64,000 bases of DNA from Basidiobolus meristosporus CBS 931.73 (lineage: Eukaryota; Fungi; Basidiobolomycota). Positions 20,763 through 33,295 of the stretch are shown here, piece by piece; the first letter of the stretch is position 1; every line of letters begins with the position of its first letter. A model generated the notes under the pieces. It did not search any database. It had not been told where the DNA came from and saw only the letters and a program-made list of their open reading frames with translations. The translations under genes and the position numbers were made by a program. Location of the stretch: assembly GCA_002104905.1 (NCBI GenBank), contig MCFE01000141.1, forward strand, positions 1-64,000. Direction: 5' to 3'.

Positions 20763-22725
20763 GGCGGGAGTGTGTTCGTGTTAGCGGATAGGATGGTGTT
20801 TGGTGAACTGGTTACCTCACCCATTCGCCAAGTTTATATATTCTGGCGAGTTTCCCATCGTTGAGAGTCAGCCATTAGCCACCCTGGATCCTGTGACTTC
20901 CATCACCATCCAACCGATGCTTCTCCAGATCTCGCTAGTGGCTGGAACTGACGTTCGATATGTATAAATACACGCAGCCCTGAGCCTATCCACTTATTAG
21001 TTAGGTGCAGGGGAGCAATCGCTAATCAAAAATGCTCATATTTATTCATGTATGGATTCTTGCAACAAGGCAGTCATTATCACCATATATGAAAGCACCG
21101 ATGACGTCGCTCCCTACTCTGATCAATGCGCCCTTTTTGTGGTCAACGGGAATATGGTCTTGAAGCGCAAGACACCCTCCCTACGTCGACGTCTGCAACC
21201 GTGTAACCCGTGCTGTGCCACCCAAGGGAGGGGATCAGGCAGCTGCGTGGCCATCCACCGTATCCAGAGGACTCCGGATGCCCTCGAATATGCATATGTC
21301 CCGTGATGCCTGTCCAGAGAAGCCAGTGCAGACAAGGCTCCGCTCTATCTGACCCAATATTGCCAACCAGAAAGCTTCCAACCAAGGGGCGGCAAGTATC
21401 ATGCCGAACATCAGGCCTAGCTCCAGCCCCAATCGCCATCACGCTCCTGAGTGGGTAGTCTCCGTTTCACGTGATTCCGCCAGAACAGACCTGAATTGAG
21501 GCAGGGTTGGTTGATGATGATCAGCAACACCAGGCCTACACAGCATCGCACAAGAAGGTTGGCGATGACACCTAAGCCAGCTCTGCTCTTCCATGGAGTG
21601 GAGGGGAGTGGTGTTGAGTAAGCTCGCGCTCAAAGCAGCGAAGCCCCTTCAAGCCTGGTCTCCTGATGAATAAAGCTCAAGAGCATGGATGATGCATGGG
21701 GTTTCACTGCCGGGCCAACCGACCAATTCACTTCCCCCGATGGTGGTCGATGAGCATATATTCGAGTGCGGCTCATTTGACCAACACCATGTTTGGATGA
21801 ATTAGTCATTCCCCTTCCAAATCGGACACATGAACGACAACCGTTTCGCGAGCGCTGATTTGCGCGCTGGATGGTGCGGGCGGCAGGGATTGGCTGGTGG
21901 GATGGTATCCTGCGGCATAATGATCGGATTTTGGGCAGCCTGATGAGGGCTAATTCCGAAACCAGCATAGTTATTCCAGAGCAACCAGATTCGCCTGGTC
22001 TGGCCTTTGTGGGTGCTGGTGCTGGTGGCAAATGCCGAGTGTTACTCGGGGGAGTTTGCAGTGGAGAATCATTAAACATCACTTTAAGGCCGGGCTATAT
22101 AATTATACTGCCCACCAAAAGGGGGCTTGAGCTCGATTCTACTGGCTGGGAAGGGCATGATGTAGGACACAATAATTTGCTGATAAATATGGCTCTTATT
22201 AAGATTTATGAAGATGTTCACAAACAATCCAAATGTCAGTTGTACCATCGTAGGACTAAATAATAGTAGTTTGGCCATATGATTTCAAGGATGAGCCCAA
22301 TTAAGGGGCGGGGGCAAGTTTCTGAGCAGATATGTAGGATATTTGCAATTTCGTGCGTATTGACAGATGATCCTATATTTGTCAAGCTAACGGGGCTTCT
22401 GTTCTTTCCTGAGTGTTAGCAAGCCTAGACAACCTGCTCTATTTCTCTTTTCTAACGCCCAGCCCTAATTCCACCCAAGTTTCCCTTGTAACTTCTGTCC
22501 GGTGATCCCACCTCCCTCAATTGGCCCAACCCACCTTTCATCCGTATCGCTCCAGCTAAAGTAAGGGTGTGTCCCGCTATCCGTTTTCCTGTTCTCTGCC
22601 TCACTCCAGTTACGCAAGTGAGGAAGTAGATACGCAAGCGATATACATATTGGTTTGTACCCTGTTGCCTGTTTCTGCATGCCACGGCCCGTGTTCACCT
22701 TGTGTTTTCCTTGGTTCGAACTAGA

Positions 22726-25700
22726 ATGTCTGCCACTGCTAATCGTCGAAGTATATTAATGAATGGCCTTACCTATGATCAGACCACCCGGAACCTTGCC
22801 CGCACGGTTACGCTTGCTGCGGCGCAGGGTCTCCCCGTAAGTGGACAAGAGATTGGTTCTGGCTCTCGCGAGAGCCGTAGGTACTCGGTGACGGCTCTTT
22901 ATTCCATGGCTGCTGAGCAGGATGTTGAAGTAGAAGATGACTTATCAAAAGGTATTCGGCCGCTGTCCATGGACCCTCCACCCTGCCGCTAACCCTGTTT
23001 CGACACAGCACAGAAACGTTTGAGACAATTGAAGTCCAGCATTTCCTCCCTGTCTAAAAAGAACTTCACGCTGGAGCGTGATGTCAGATATCTTGACGGT
23101 AGAATCGCCCTTCTCATTCAGAATCATATGGCCTTGGAGGATGTGAAAGTATACGCCCCTCCCCTTGCATTGTCTATGTTAATGCGCCATAACTCACGTC
23201 GTGGCTATAGGAAGTGACATCCCATCTCGATGACGATGAGATAACGGACGGAGCATTTCCGGACGATCGTAAGATGCAGGTAACTGTTAGATCCCGATAT
23301 ACACAGCGACGTGGGAACCGAGACTAAGCCAAATTGTGTATCTCAGCAATATGGCGGGCTTTTCTTCTTGCTACAAACGGAACCACGACATGTTGCCACC
23401 CTGGTTCGTCTGGTCAGCCTAAGTGAGATCGACACGCTGTTGCAAACGGTAATGTTCACCCTGTACGGAAACCAGTACGAATCTAGGGAAGAGCATCTGC
23501 TGCTCACAATGTTCCAGGTGGGTTTATCATTTAGAGGCTCTTCGCTGAGCCACGGTCACTAACTAGATGTCTGTATTGGCTAGTCCGTGTTGGCCAACCA
23601 ATTTGATAACGCCACCGACTTCGGAGGGCTGCTGAGAGCCAACACCCCTGTGTCCAGAATGATGAACACTTACACCAGGTACCCCTCTCTCAGATTAGCT
23701 ATCGCCAACCCCCGACATACTGAATGCGTGGTTGTAGACGTGGTCCTGGCCAATCATACCTCAAAACCGTTCTGTCAGACTGTATCAGCAACGTGATCAA
23801 GGACAGAGACCGTAACCTGGAGATCAACCCTCTCAAAGTAGGGCTTTGTTGTGGTTCTTCCTCGTCCCGCACCATACTTACTTGGTTCATAGGTGTATGA
23901 GCAAATCATCTCTGACCTGGAGGACAAGGGCCTTCCAGTAGACTTACCTCGCGGCATATCTGCCGAAGAAGCCCAGGCCCACCCACAGGTTCAGGCGATG
24001 CTTGCACCGAGAACAGAGGACCTGATGGAGATCGCCAACATGTTTCTGACGACCATTATAGAGTCCATCGATTCAGTGCCATACGGGATACGCTGGATAT
24101 GTAAACAGATCCGATCCTTGACCAAGGTACCTTGGATGTGCCAATCCACGCGACATTGTCGATCTCGTCTCGAGTGTGTTGGTAACCCGTGCTTTTCAGA
24201 GAAAATACCCGGATGCTTCTGACATGAGCATCTGCTCACTTATCGGCGGCTTCTTCTTTTTACGTTTCCTGAATCCTGCCATCGTCACCCCTCAGGCCTA
24301 CATGCTGATCGAAAAGAACCCATCGAAGCACCCCCGCCGAACCTTGACACTGGTAATGTACACCGTAACCATGGCCATGGCCATTGCTTTTGCCTAGCAA
24401 CCGCCCCTTACACGCACGTCTACTAGGTCGCAAAAATGTTGCAGAATCTAGCCAACAAGCCATCCTACGCCAAGGAGGCCTACATGATGATACTTAACCC
24501 ATTTGTTGAAGGGAACAAAACCCGTATCAACAACTTCCTGAATGAGCTCTGTGAAGTTGGAGATTTCTATGAATCCCTTGAGGTTTGCCTGATGCACACG
24601 AATGCTTGGAGACCCGTCTGCTAACCATAACTCCCCTTCTAGATGGACCAATATATGGCCCTGTCGAAGAAAGACCTGTCCCTGAATATCACTCTCAACG
24701 AGGTTTACAGTACGCACGCACTGTTGTTGAAGCATCAGGCAGTTCTGGTAACAAGTGGATTACGCCTGGGGATGTCTGCGTGAGCGTGGCTAACCCGTCG
24801 CCTTTTAGTGCCCGAACGATAAGCAATATCTGAAGATGTCCCTCGACGAGTTGGGCCCTGCCCCGCCACAAGTCCCACGCAACGAAAACTGCTCCATCGA
24901 ATTGCCCCTGTTTAGTCGTTGGGAGACCCCAATCAATGGTAACATACTCTGTCATCTCTACAAGCCCACCAGCAACTAATCTTAAAACGACCCCTAGATG
25001 CGGAGGGAGTCACCGGGTCTGGTGCTATCACCCAGAACGACATCTTATACATGGAGGCGAAGTCCTTGCTGGTCCAACTGGTTCGTAGCTTGCCTCGTCT
25101 TGCTGATAAGCCGGTCACTTCCCTGGTGGACATCGCGGAAAAAGCGGCAACAAGCAAGGACAGCAGTCTGGTACGCAAAGGGATCAAGGTCAAGGAGATG
25201 CTGAATGAGCTGGTAGCTCTTGGTGTCATCGACTCGAAGGACAATTTCGCCCTCATGACCCAGGAGGTGAACCAGGTAAGTGGATTTGCCCGTGATACAC
25301 CTCGCGAGTAATCGTTGACTCGACCCAAACTGTTTATCAAGGAACTGGTTCATCTGGGCAATATACGGGAGAAGGTGCTGCAGGAGGCGAAGTCCCTCGA
25401 GAATGTTTACAAGACCATTTGTGACCACAACAACTACCTGCGTATGCAACTCGAATCGTACAAGGCGTACCTGCAAAATGTTCGAATGCAGTCTGGAGGA
25501 AAGAAGGAGAAGTCGAAGGTCCACATCCCTGGGCCCATCAAGTTCAGCCATAGCCATCTCGAACGGGACGGAGTTATCGTGGAATGTAACGTCCCGGAAA
25601 ATAGGTACCCCGTCTCACCCCACAACCACCACCACCACCCGGTCCTCCTCGCTAACCAACCTTGCTCCAGGCGAAACAACATCTTCTTCAACATTCAGTC

Positions 25701-26045
25701 CCCAGTGCCTGGCACCTTCATCATCGCCCTACATTACAAAGGTAAACCTTACCCTACCCCACCCCAATCCCTCCCCACCCTCAACGCCTTTCCTAATCGC
25801 CCTCGAACCAGGCCGCGAAAAGCCCATCCTAGAGATGGATCTCAAGTTGGACGACCTATTGGAGAAGGTATGTCGTGGCTAGCTTCAACAACCGAATCGA
25901 GCCAGCGGCCACTAACCTCCCCTCCCTCCTTCCCCTCTCTCTTTCGTAGCAACAAGACAACATTCATACCTTGGACCTTGAATACGTCCAGCTGAACGTG
26001 GGCAAGCTACTTAACCTGTTGAACAAGAACTTCAACAAACGATAA
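22726..26045 (+). CDS. Ras GTPase-activating protein (fungal Gap1/Sar1 type; RasGAP + RasGAP_C), many introns
   Basis: [62 protein letters not shown]-terminal [13 protein letters not shown]...[14 protein letters not shown]. Confidence 0.95.
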
Positions 26046-26092
26046 ACCCTCGGTCACGCCGCGAAGGAGATCGCCGCTTGTTTGGCACTGGG

Positions 26093-26322
26093 TTATCCCC
26101 GTCCCCATCCCCATCCCCATCCCTACTCCCATTCCCACTTCCAATTCCATCCCATTCCCATTTCAACTCCCACTCTCCCTCTCCCTCTCTCTCTTCCACC
26201 CACCACGACCTACATCCTTTCGCCCACATCCACCCAATCTCCATTCGAGCGGTTCTGGTCGTACACTATTCCCCCTCCCCTTCCCTCCCCTTCCTTTCCT
26301 TTCCCTTCTCCCCCCCCCCCCA
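26093..26322. repeat. Pyrimidine-rich low-complexity tract (CCCCAT/CCCTCT-type hexamers, poly-C)
   Basis: Visible tandem ccccat and ctctcc runs just 3' of RasGAP. Confidence 0.85.
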
Positions 26323-26599
26323 AGTAGCTGCGCTTTTTAATCTTGCTTTCTTTAATCCCCTAATAATTTAACGCTGAAACCCAATTAAATATCTCTGGTA
26401 ACCGGTAAACCACCTGCGCCTCATCCATCACTCCCACCTCCCCTCCCTACAGTCCACACATCTAGGATTAGGGTTATCTACCCAACATCTCCAGGTCCTT
26501 GGGTTAGGTAGGACCTGACTAAACCCATTGACTCCGGATTTGATCAATGGGGTGGGTGATTTGCAGCCATGGTCTACCGATGTGGGGGAGGGGTGTTCC

Positions 26600-27600
26600 A
26601 GTAGGCTTGGGCCAATCCACAGAACTGGTCATGTCCCACAAGTTTCCGGATTGTTCCTTCCCATCCAAACTGGCCCAGGCTTTTCCTGTCATCCGCTGGG
26701 GCCTTTCTTACTTCCGCATCATCGGTTCTCAGTGGCCATATACCTTTGGATCCCTTGCTGTTAAAATACATTGCCCTCAATCTGAAGCTCTGACACCACT
26801 GTGCTCACACTTGTCCAAGACAAATCGATCCAGGAGTCTGCCAAATACCTTACCTCCCTGCTTGCCAGACCACTGTGTGCGGGATGTCCACTACTCCCAT
26901 GGGTGTTCCGCGCACAATCTGAACCAAAAAATCCTCTCGCCTCCTGCTTATTGACCTCGACAAATGCACACGTCTGCCACAATCAGCACACTTCTTAGCA
27001 CCAGAGCTTTGCAGCTTCTCGGTGGAACACTTGCAAGGTTGCCATATGCCTTGGATTGCCGGTAACATACACATCTTGCAAACATATGCTTGGCGGCTAC
27101 CACTCTTGCCATGAGTACCCACTGAGTATCTGCAAGATACTTCTCTGTACTTGGCCAGTGTGCTCCTTCTCCTTGCTGGATTCAGGTTCCTCTCATTGGT
27201 ATGCCCCCCCTCCTTTTTTGTGCAAATTCCAAATCAACAGGTGTGGAAGGTGGCTTGCACCAAGGTGACCCCTGGAATACTGGGGTAAAGTTGTCCTAAT
27301 CCAGAATTGGCTCTTTGTGGAGTGAAGCCTGCTCTTGTCCCACTCAACTTGTTTCCTATACATTGGGGCTGCTTTGCTTCTCAGCACCAAAGGCACAGGT
27401 GTCTCCATGAGTCTGTCTGTGCTCATTGTCTTCCAACTCTTCCTGCAAGCCCTCTGTAGGTCAACTCATGGCATCCATGACATACTTGAATGTAAAATTG
27501 TTGGTGAGATATTTGGATATGGTGGTGCCGGTAACTTACCACTTCTTCCTGTTCCCCACACCTCTGCCTCATAGGAAACTCCAAAAAGTGAAGCACAGTA
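26600..27600 (+). mobile_element. Degenerate non-LTR (LINE) reverse-transcriptase relic
   Basis: LLLIDLDK (~26940) and GGLHQGDP (~27250; CAC from CGC restores GLRQGDP); frameshifts. Confidence 0.65.
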
Positions 27601-27942
27601 CTCTACATTGCAAGAGTTTTGGTGATATTGGAAGTGGTTGAGAGAGCAAGTGGATAATGTGGGTCTTGTTGTCAGAGTGTTGGAGATGTTGGAAGTGATC
27701 AGGAGAGCAAGTAGATTATGTGGTTTTCACTTGGCAGATACTTTTCAGTATCTAGAAATCTGCTTCACTGCCACAATTCTACCATATCCATAGCTCTGAT
27801 TATGCTGGCTGACAGCTCCCACTGAAGATGAGATATCTGCACATGCACCTAGCATGTGGTACATCAGACTGCTGACCACAGAGTGGTAGAGAAAGTCTGG
27901 GCTTTCAGATGGTACCAAGCCGCAGGTATGAAGATAGATAAC
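27600..27942 (-). mobile_element. Inverted Copia fragments (two LTR ends plus RT/RNase H junction piece)
   Basis: Reverse complement of LTR end ...GAAAACCACATAATCTACTTG...; translation MLGACADISSSVGAVSQH...AVKQI. Confidence 0.7.
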
Positions 27943-30815
27943 TGTTGCAAAATTTGCAATTCCACCTATAAATTCACCTAACTTGGTCACTTTTATCAGT
28001 ACCCACAAGTCCTGGAAAATACCAACCAAATTCCTTGTTGGGATTTACTAGGAAGGTAATCACCAGAACATCAGGTGCCCAGAACATGAAACTTCTCAGG
28101 TGGTTCAAGTAGCCCCAAACTTTGCACACCTACTCTTGGGACCTTCCCATATATATTCCACATGTTTATTTTGCCATGACCATGTGAAAGTACATATACT
28201 ACTTTTACATCCAATAAAATCATTAAGTGAAAACCACCTGATCTACTTGTTCTCCCAATCACTTCCAATACCTCCAAGTCTCTTGCAACAAGTTATGAGC
28301 CCCAAGCTGTCACCCACTGCAATGTTTACTACTGTATCACTGGAATATTTTCCCTGGCTGAAAAGTTGGTTGGATCCAATTAACAAGTATGGAAAGTGAA
28401 GAAGAAGATGCTGCTACAAGAAAGCGGCTTATGGGATATTGTCATGGGAGAAGAATGCTGTTCCAAAAATGTGGGAGAGGAAACCTTGAAGTACCAGAAG
28501 AAAGAACAAAGTGCCTTCAACTGCATTTGCCTCAATGTTGAAGTCAAGTTGCTAATTCAATGCTCAGGAGCAAAATGGGCCAAGAATGCCTGAAAGGCAC
28601 TGGAAGGCACCTACCAGTCATGCACAGCTGTTAAGAAATGAATCTTAGACAAAGATTCTTCACTACCAAAATGCTGCCAGGAGAAGAAATGAAAAATTTG
28701 ATAAACAGAATCACCTTGCTGGTGATGAGACAGAATCTCTGGGTGTACCAACTTCTGATGAAGATGTGATAGTTGTCACCCTGAATAGCTTGACTGACCA
28801 GCTTTAGGGCCTTGTATCAGCCCTTGAGTCCAGAACTGAAGATTTGACCTTAAATTATGTATATGGAAGGATCATGGGTGAAGAATTAAGAAAATAAAGC
28901 AACAATAAGAGGGAAAAAGAGACTGCTTTAATAAGCAACAATAACCAGCAAAGGAAGTACTCAAGCCCCTTTAAAGGCAACAGTAACCTGTTTTGCAAAT
29001 ACTGCAACAGGATGGATACACATCAGGCCAGTGCCTGAAAAAGAGTGATAATCAGCAGACACAGCCTGAAAATAGAAATGCTACAACAACTGAAGATAGG
29101 CTATCCATATCAGCACTAAATATGAGCACAAACAAGGACTCTCCAACACAATATATTGACTGTGGAGCATTTTGACATTATACAAACCAAACAGAACTTT
29201 TTACCTAATATGAAGAAATTCCAATTGAGAAGGTTTTCATGGGTGACAATGGAACACTTGATGCAGTTGGAGAAGGAACTATCCAAGTAGATTTTAGAAG
29301 CAGTGAAGGAAGTAAAACACCTATACTCACAGAAGAACTGTACATACAAGTAATAGACAAGAACCTACTATCTGTGAGTATGGCCACAGCAGAAGGACTC
29401 AGTTTCATCTTTGGCAATTGTGGATGCAGGATCTCTGATCAAGATAGTGCCCATATAGCTTTGGGTATAAGAGATCAGAATCTACACAAGTTGGCTCATA
29501 GTCCCTCATTTATGGTAGCCAATATAAGTAAATCAAATGAAGAAACACCAATACTTTGGTAGAGGAGATCTTGATGTATCAGTTTTAATTATTTGTGCAA
29601 AATGATCATAGATCAGCTAATTTTTAGAGTAGAATTGATCCCCCAGCTAATTTGGAGCACAGTGAATCAGGCATATGTGGGAAGCAAGCCAGACAACCTT
29701 TCTTGAGCTTGAGGCTAATCAAAACCAAGAGAAGATTAGATCTAACTCACTCAGATCTGTGTGGACCTATGCAGGATTTACCCTAAGCAGGATGCAGTAT
29801 TTAATCACTCAGATTGATGTTTATACAAGCTACAAATGGGTCTACTTCATGGAAAAAGGAAGAAGCTCTGTTTATGTTTAGGTAGCTTAAAGCCATGGTG
29901 GAGAGAGAGACCAGTGAGAAAAATCAAAAAAGGTGCTGTCACCATGGTGGAAAATAGACCTCAAAACTCTTCATCCACTTCTGCAAAATTCATGGGATAA
30001 AGCAAAATACTACTGTACTCTACTCTCCAGAGCAGAACAGAGTGGCAGAACTTGCAAATAGAGCAATGACCGATAAAGCAGGATCCATGATCTGTGATCA
30101 TAGATATCCCAGGATATTTGGGTGGAATCAGTTCCCACAGATGAATGCCTTAGAAATAGGAGTCATAACAGAGTACTCTGGGATTCAACCTCAATTGAGG
30201 CATGATATAGGCACAGACCAAGTGCAAATATTTAAATGTACTTGGGTTTCCAGCATCTGCCAATTATCAGACTGGATATCAGTCAAAATTACACCCAAAG
30301 TATGTGAAAAGCATGTTCTTAGGTTACTGTAATGAGAATAAAGCATACAGACCTTACAATACCAAAGCAACAAAGCTGATTAAGTCCAGGGATATGTTGT
30401 CTGATGTAAATTCAAAATATCCACAAAATGTGACATTAGATTATGACAAAAATCTGATTCCAAGTTCAGCAAGGGGCAAGATCAATTTGGAGTAAAAACA
30501 ATGAATATCTCTCAACTCCAGAGGACTCCATAACTGTGAATCAGCCTGAATCAGCACCTAGGAATATCCCAGAAGTAATTGTTTCAGTATTACAAACTAG
30601 CAGATCCAGCAGGACCAGAAATAGCCTCAATCACTCCATCAATCAGGATACCTTACCAATGTACAGTTGGCAGTCTGATGTACTTCATGCTTGGAACATA
30701 TCCAGAAATTTCATTTTTAGAGGGAGTTGTAAGCCAGCATAAGCAGAACTATGGATCTGATCATATTGCAGTAGTTAAGCAGATTTTTAGATATCTAAAA
30801 GGAATTGCTCATACC
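27943..30815 (+). mobile_element. Ty1/Copia element A, internally deleted and 3'-truncated; 5' LTR 27943-28290 (348 bp)
   Basis: TGTTG...CAACA LTR, PBS, gag (WK.KMKMLL.E.GLWDIV), PR (FMGDNGTLDAVGEG), IN (SDLCGPM); many stops. Confidence 0.85.
28291..28302 (+). promoter_or_regulatory. Copia primer-binding site (GGTTATGAGCCC-type); also 45238-45249
   Basis: AGTTATGAGCCC and GGCTATGAGTCC directly after the LTR-terminal CAACA. Confidence 0.75.
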
Positions 30816-31768
30816 TGATTAAGGCAATCCTAGCAGGATTTAGAATAGGATTGAGAGAATAACTGAACAAGCTCCTAGTTGGGACTTAGAATATTTTAAC
30901 CAAAATATCAGGTATCCAGAGTATGAAAATTGGACAGCTTCTCTAGATAGCCCAAACTTTGCACAGATGATCTTGGGACCTTTATGAGCCTATTCTACTT
31001 GCTTGCTGTGCCAGGATTATAAATGTATAAATACTATTTGATATTCAACATATCATTAGGTGAAAACCACATAATCTACTTGTACTCCCAATTATTTCCA
31101 ACAGCTCCAAGACTATTACAACATGTAATGAGCCTCAAGCTTTCACTCTCTGCAGTCTCTATCACTATAACCATAATTTGCTCTGCAGAAATGTTGGATG
31201 AATCTCACTATCAAGTGTGAAAGGTGAAGATGGATATGCTGTTACAAGAAAGAGGTCTTTGGGATACTGTCATGATAGAAGAATGCCATCCTAACGGTGT
31301 GCAAGAGGAAGCCTTAAAGTACCAGATGAAAGAACAAAGTGCCTTTTACTGCTTTGGCCTCAATGTCAAAGGCAAGCTTCTAATGCAATGCTCTAGAGTA
31401 ACAACACCAAAGAATGCCTGTAAGGCATTGGAAGATACCTACCAGTCATGCTCAGCTTCTAAGAAATGTATCTCAGACAAATATTCTTCAATACCAAGAT
31501 GCTGCCAGGAGTAGAAATGAAAAATCTGACTAATAGAATTACTCTGGTTATGGATGAGATGGAATCTATGGGTATACCAACCACCAATTGGAATGTGATA
31601 TTTACCATCCGGAATAGCCTGTAAGACAAGTTTCAAGGCCATGCATCAGCCTCAGAGCTCATAACCAAAGATTTGACCTTTAATTATGTATATAGAAGGC
31701 TCCTGGATGAAGAATTAAGAAAATCAAGCAACAATACGAGGGAAGAAGAAAGCACTTTAATATGTAAT

Positions 31769-33295
31769 AGACTTGTTCCATTGGATTGTGCCACATTGAG
31801 CCATGAGTGCCAAATGATGCCTTAGTGTGCCAGGGAGGCCAAGTGAGCCTATACTTGGCCACAGAGTGTGAAACATAGCTCTGCATCTTCATGCAAAGCC
31901 GCTGTGGTAGGGTAAACATATCTCCCACAGACAAGTTTATTCATATAGTCATTATGATATACTTATCCATATTTTATCTTATCAGTATTATCCCATTCTT
32001 CTTTTGCCCATATTATCAATATTATCCCCATATGATGTTTACCCTGATTGGTTATTAGCATTAGTTATCCCAGATGTTATTCAGCTTTGTGATCAGTAGA
32101 TGTATCTATATAAGGCAAGTACCTACGTCAGTACCTGTGACACATGACCTAGGTCTGTGTTACCATCCCTACCATTTCAATACCATATATGATATATCTA
32201 TGTTGCACAGGTTTCAGACTACTGATTCCTGATTGGTTGAGAGTGCTGTGCCTTTTAGAACCTTCCAGGACATTCTTGGCATATTTTTAGCTCATAGTGA
32301 TGTCATCAAGAATTCCACTGATATCTAGAATCTTCTAGAACCTTGTCATTAGTAATCACTTGGCAATCAGGAAAGGTATTTAAGGGAAAGCAATCCCTCA
32401 TCAATAAATCATCCCTTCTATCAGTAACACTTCTACCTTATTGATTAGCAGTTGATCACTGCACCTGCCTTCAACAGTGCATCTCAGACCTGCCATCAAG
32501 GAGCTTTTCAGGGTAGTGCACAAGACACACAGAGGCCTTTGGAGACACCTGGAGCACCTAGGAAGCTAGAGAAGCAGGAGCTTTTACCATAGTGACATAT
32601 TGACAAAGACACCAGCAGTTTAGACACAGAGGTTATTGCACCCATCAGACACCTCACACACCTTGATTTGTGTAGCTTCTCCCAGGAGTACCTCTACACC
32701 ACCACACCGCCCCTGTGTTTCACCCATTGTACTGGAGAAAGTCCATTTTTTGACCTTTATTGGATCAATGTTGTGCAGTATGTGTAAGAGCACAAAGGAA
32801 ATGAAGACATGTATCTGGTACTAAATACCCATGGCACTCCAAGTCTAGCTCCTGTGGCTTGTATCATGTCACAAAAATGCATGGCACTATCTTGGTCCAC
32901 TGGTACAATATTTATATATTAGCCCTAAAGTAATATCTATACAAATCACTTATAGTGCCATATAGTACTAGTGGACCAAGATAGTGCCATGCATTTTTGT
33001 GACATAAAACAAGCCACAGGAGCTAGATTCAGAGTGCCATGGGTATTGAGTACTAGATGCATGTCTTCAGCCTTCTGTGCTCCTACATGGCTTGCAAAAC
33101 ATTCATCCAAAAAAAAAAGTCAAAAATGGATTTTCTCCAGCACAATGGGTGAAACTCAGGGGCCACCTTGCATGAAGATGAAGAGCTATGTTTCACACTC
33201 TGCAGCCAAGTTTAGGTCTGCTATGCCTTTCTGGCATGCAATGGCACTATTTGGCACTCATGGCTCAATGTGGGACTATCCAACAGAACAAGTCT
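31769..33295. mobile_element. Foldback (long-TIR) non-autonomous DNA transposon, AAT TSD, interrupted by a solo LTR
   Basis: AGACTTGTT...AACAAGTCT ends; AAT on both flanks; arms are reverse complements. Confidence 0.9.
31903..32706 (+). mobile_element. 804-bp solo LTR related to the 1071-bp family, CCGC TSD
   Basis: TGTGGT...ACCACA ends; CCGC on both sides; shares the core GTTxCACAGGTTTCAGA.TACTGATTCCTGATTGGTT. Confidence 0.85.

Noticed and set aside
26078-26371. Pro/Ser-rich ORFs over the pyrimidine tract
   Set aside because: Low-complexity artefact
26460-26515. TTAGGG-like motifs as a telomeric repeat
   Set aside because: Isolated single units, no array
27170-27200. LLDSGSSH as a retroviral aspartic protease motif
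   Set aside because: An overlapping frame gives LINE RT motifs (GL[H/R]QGDP, with LLIDLDK upstream), which explain the region better
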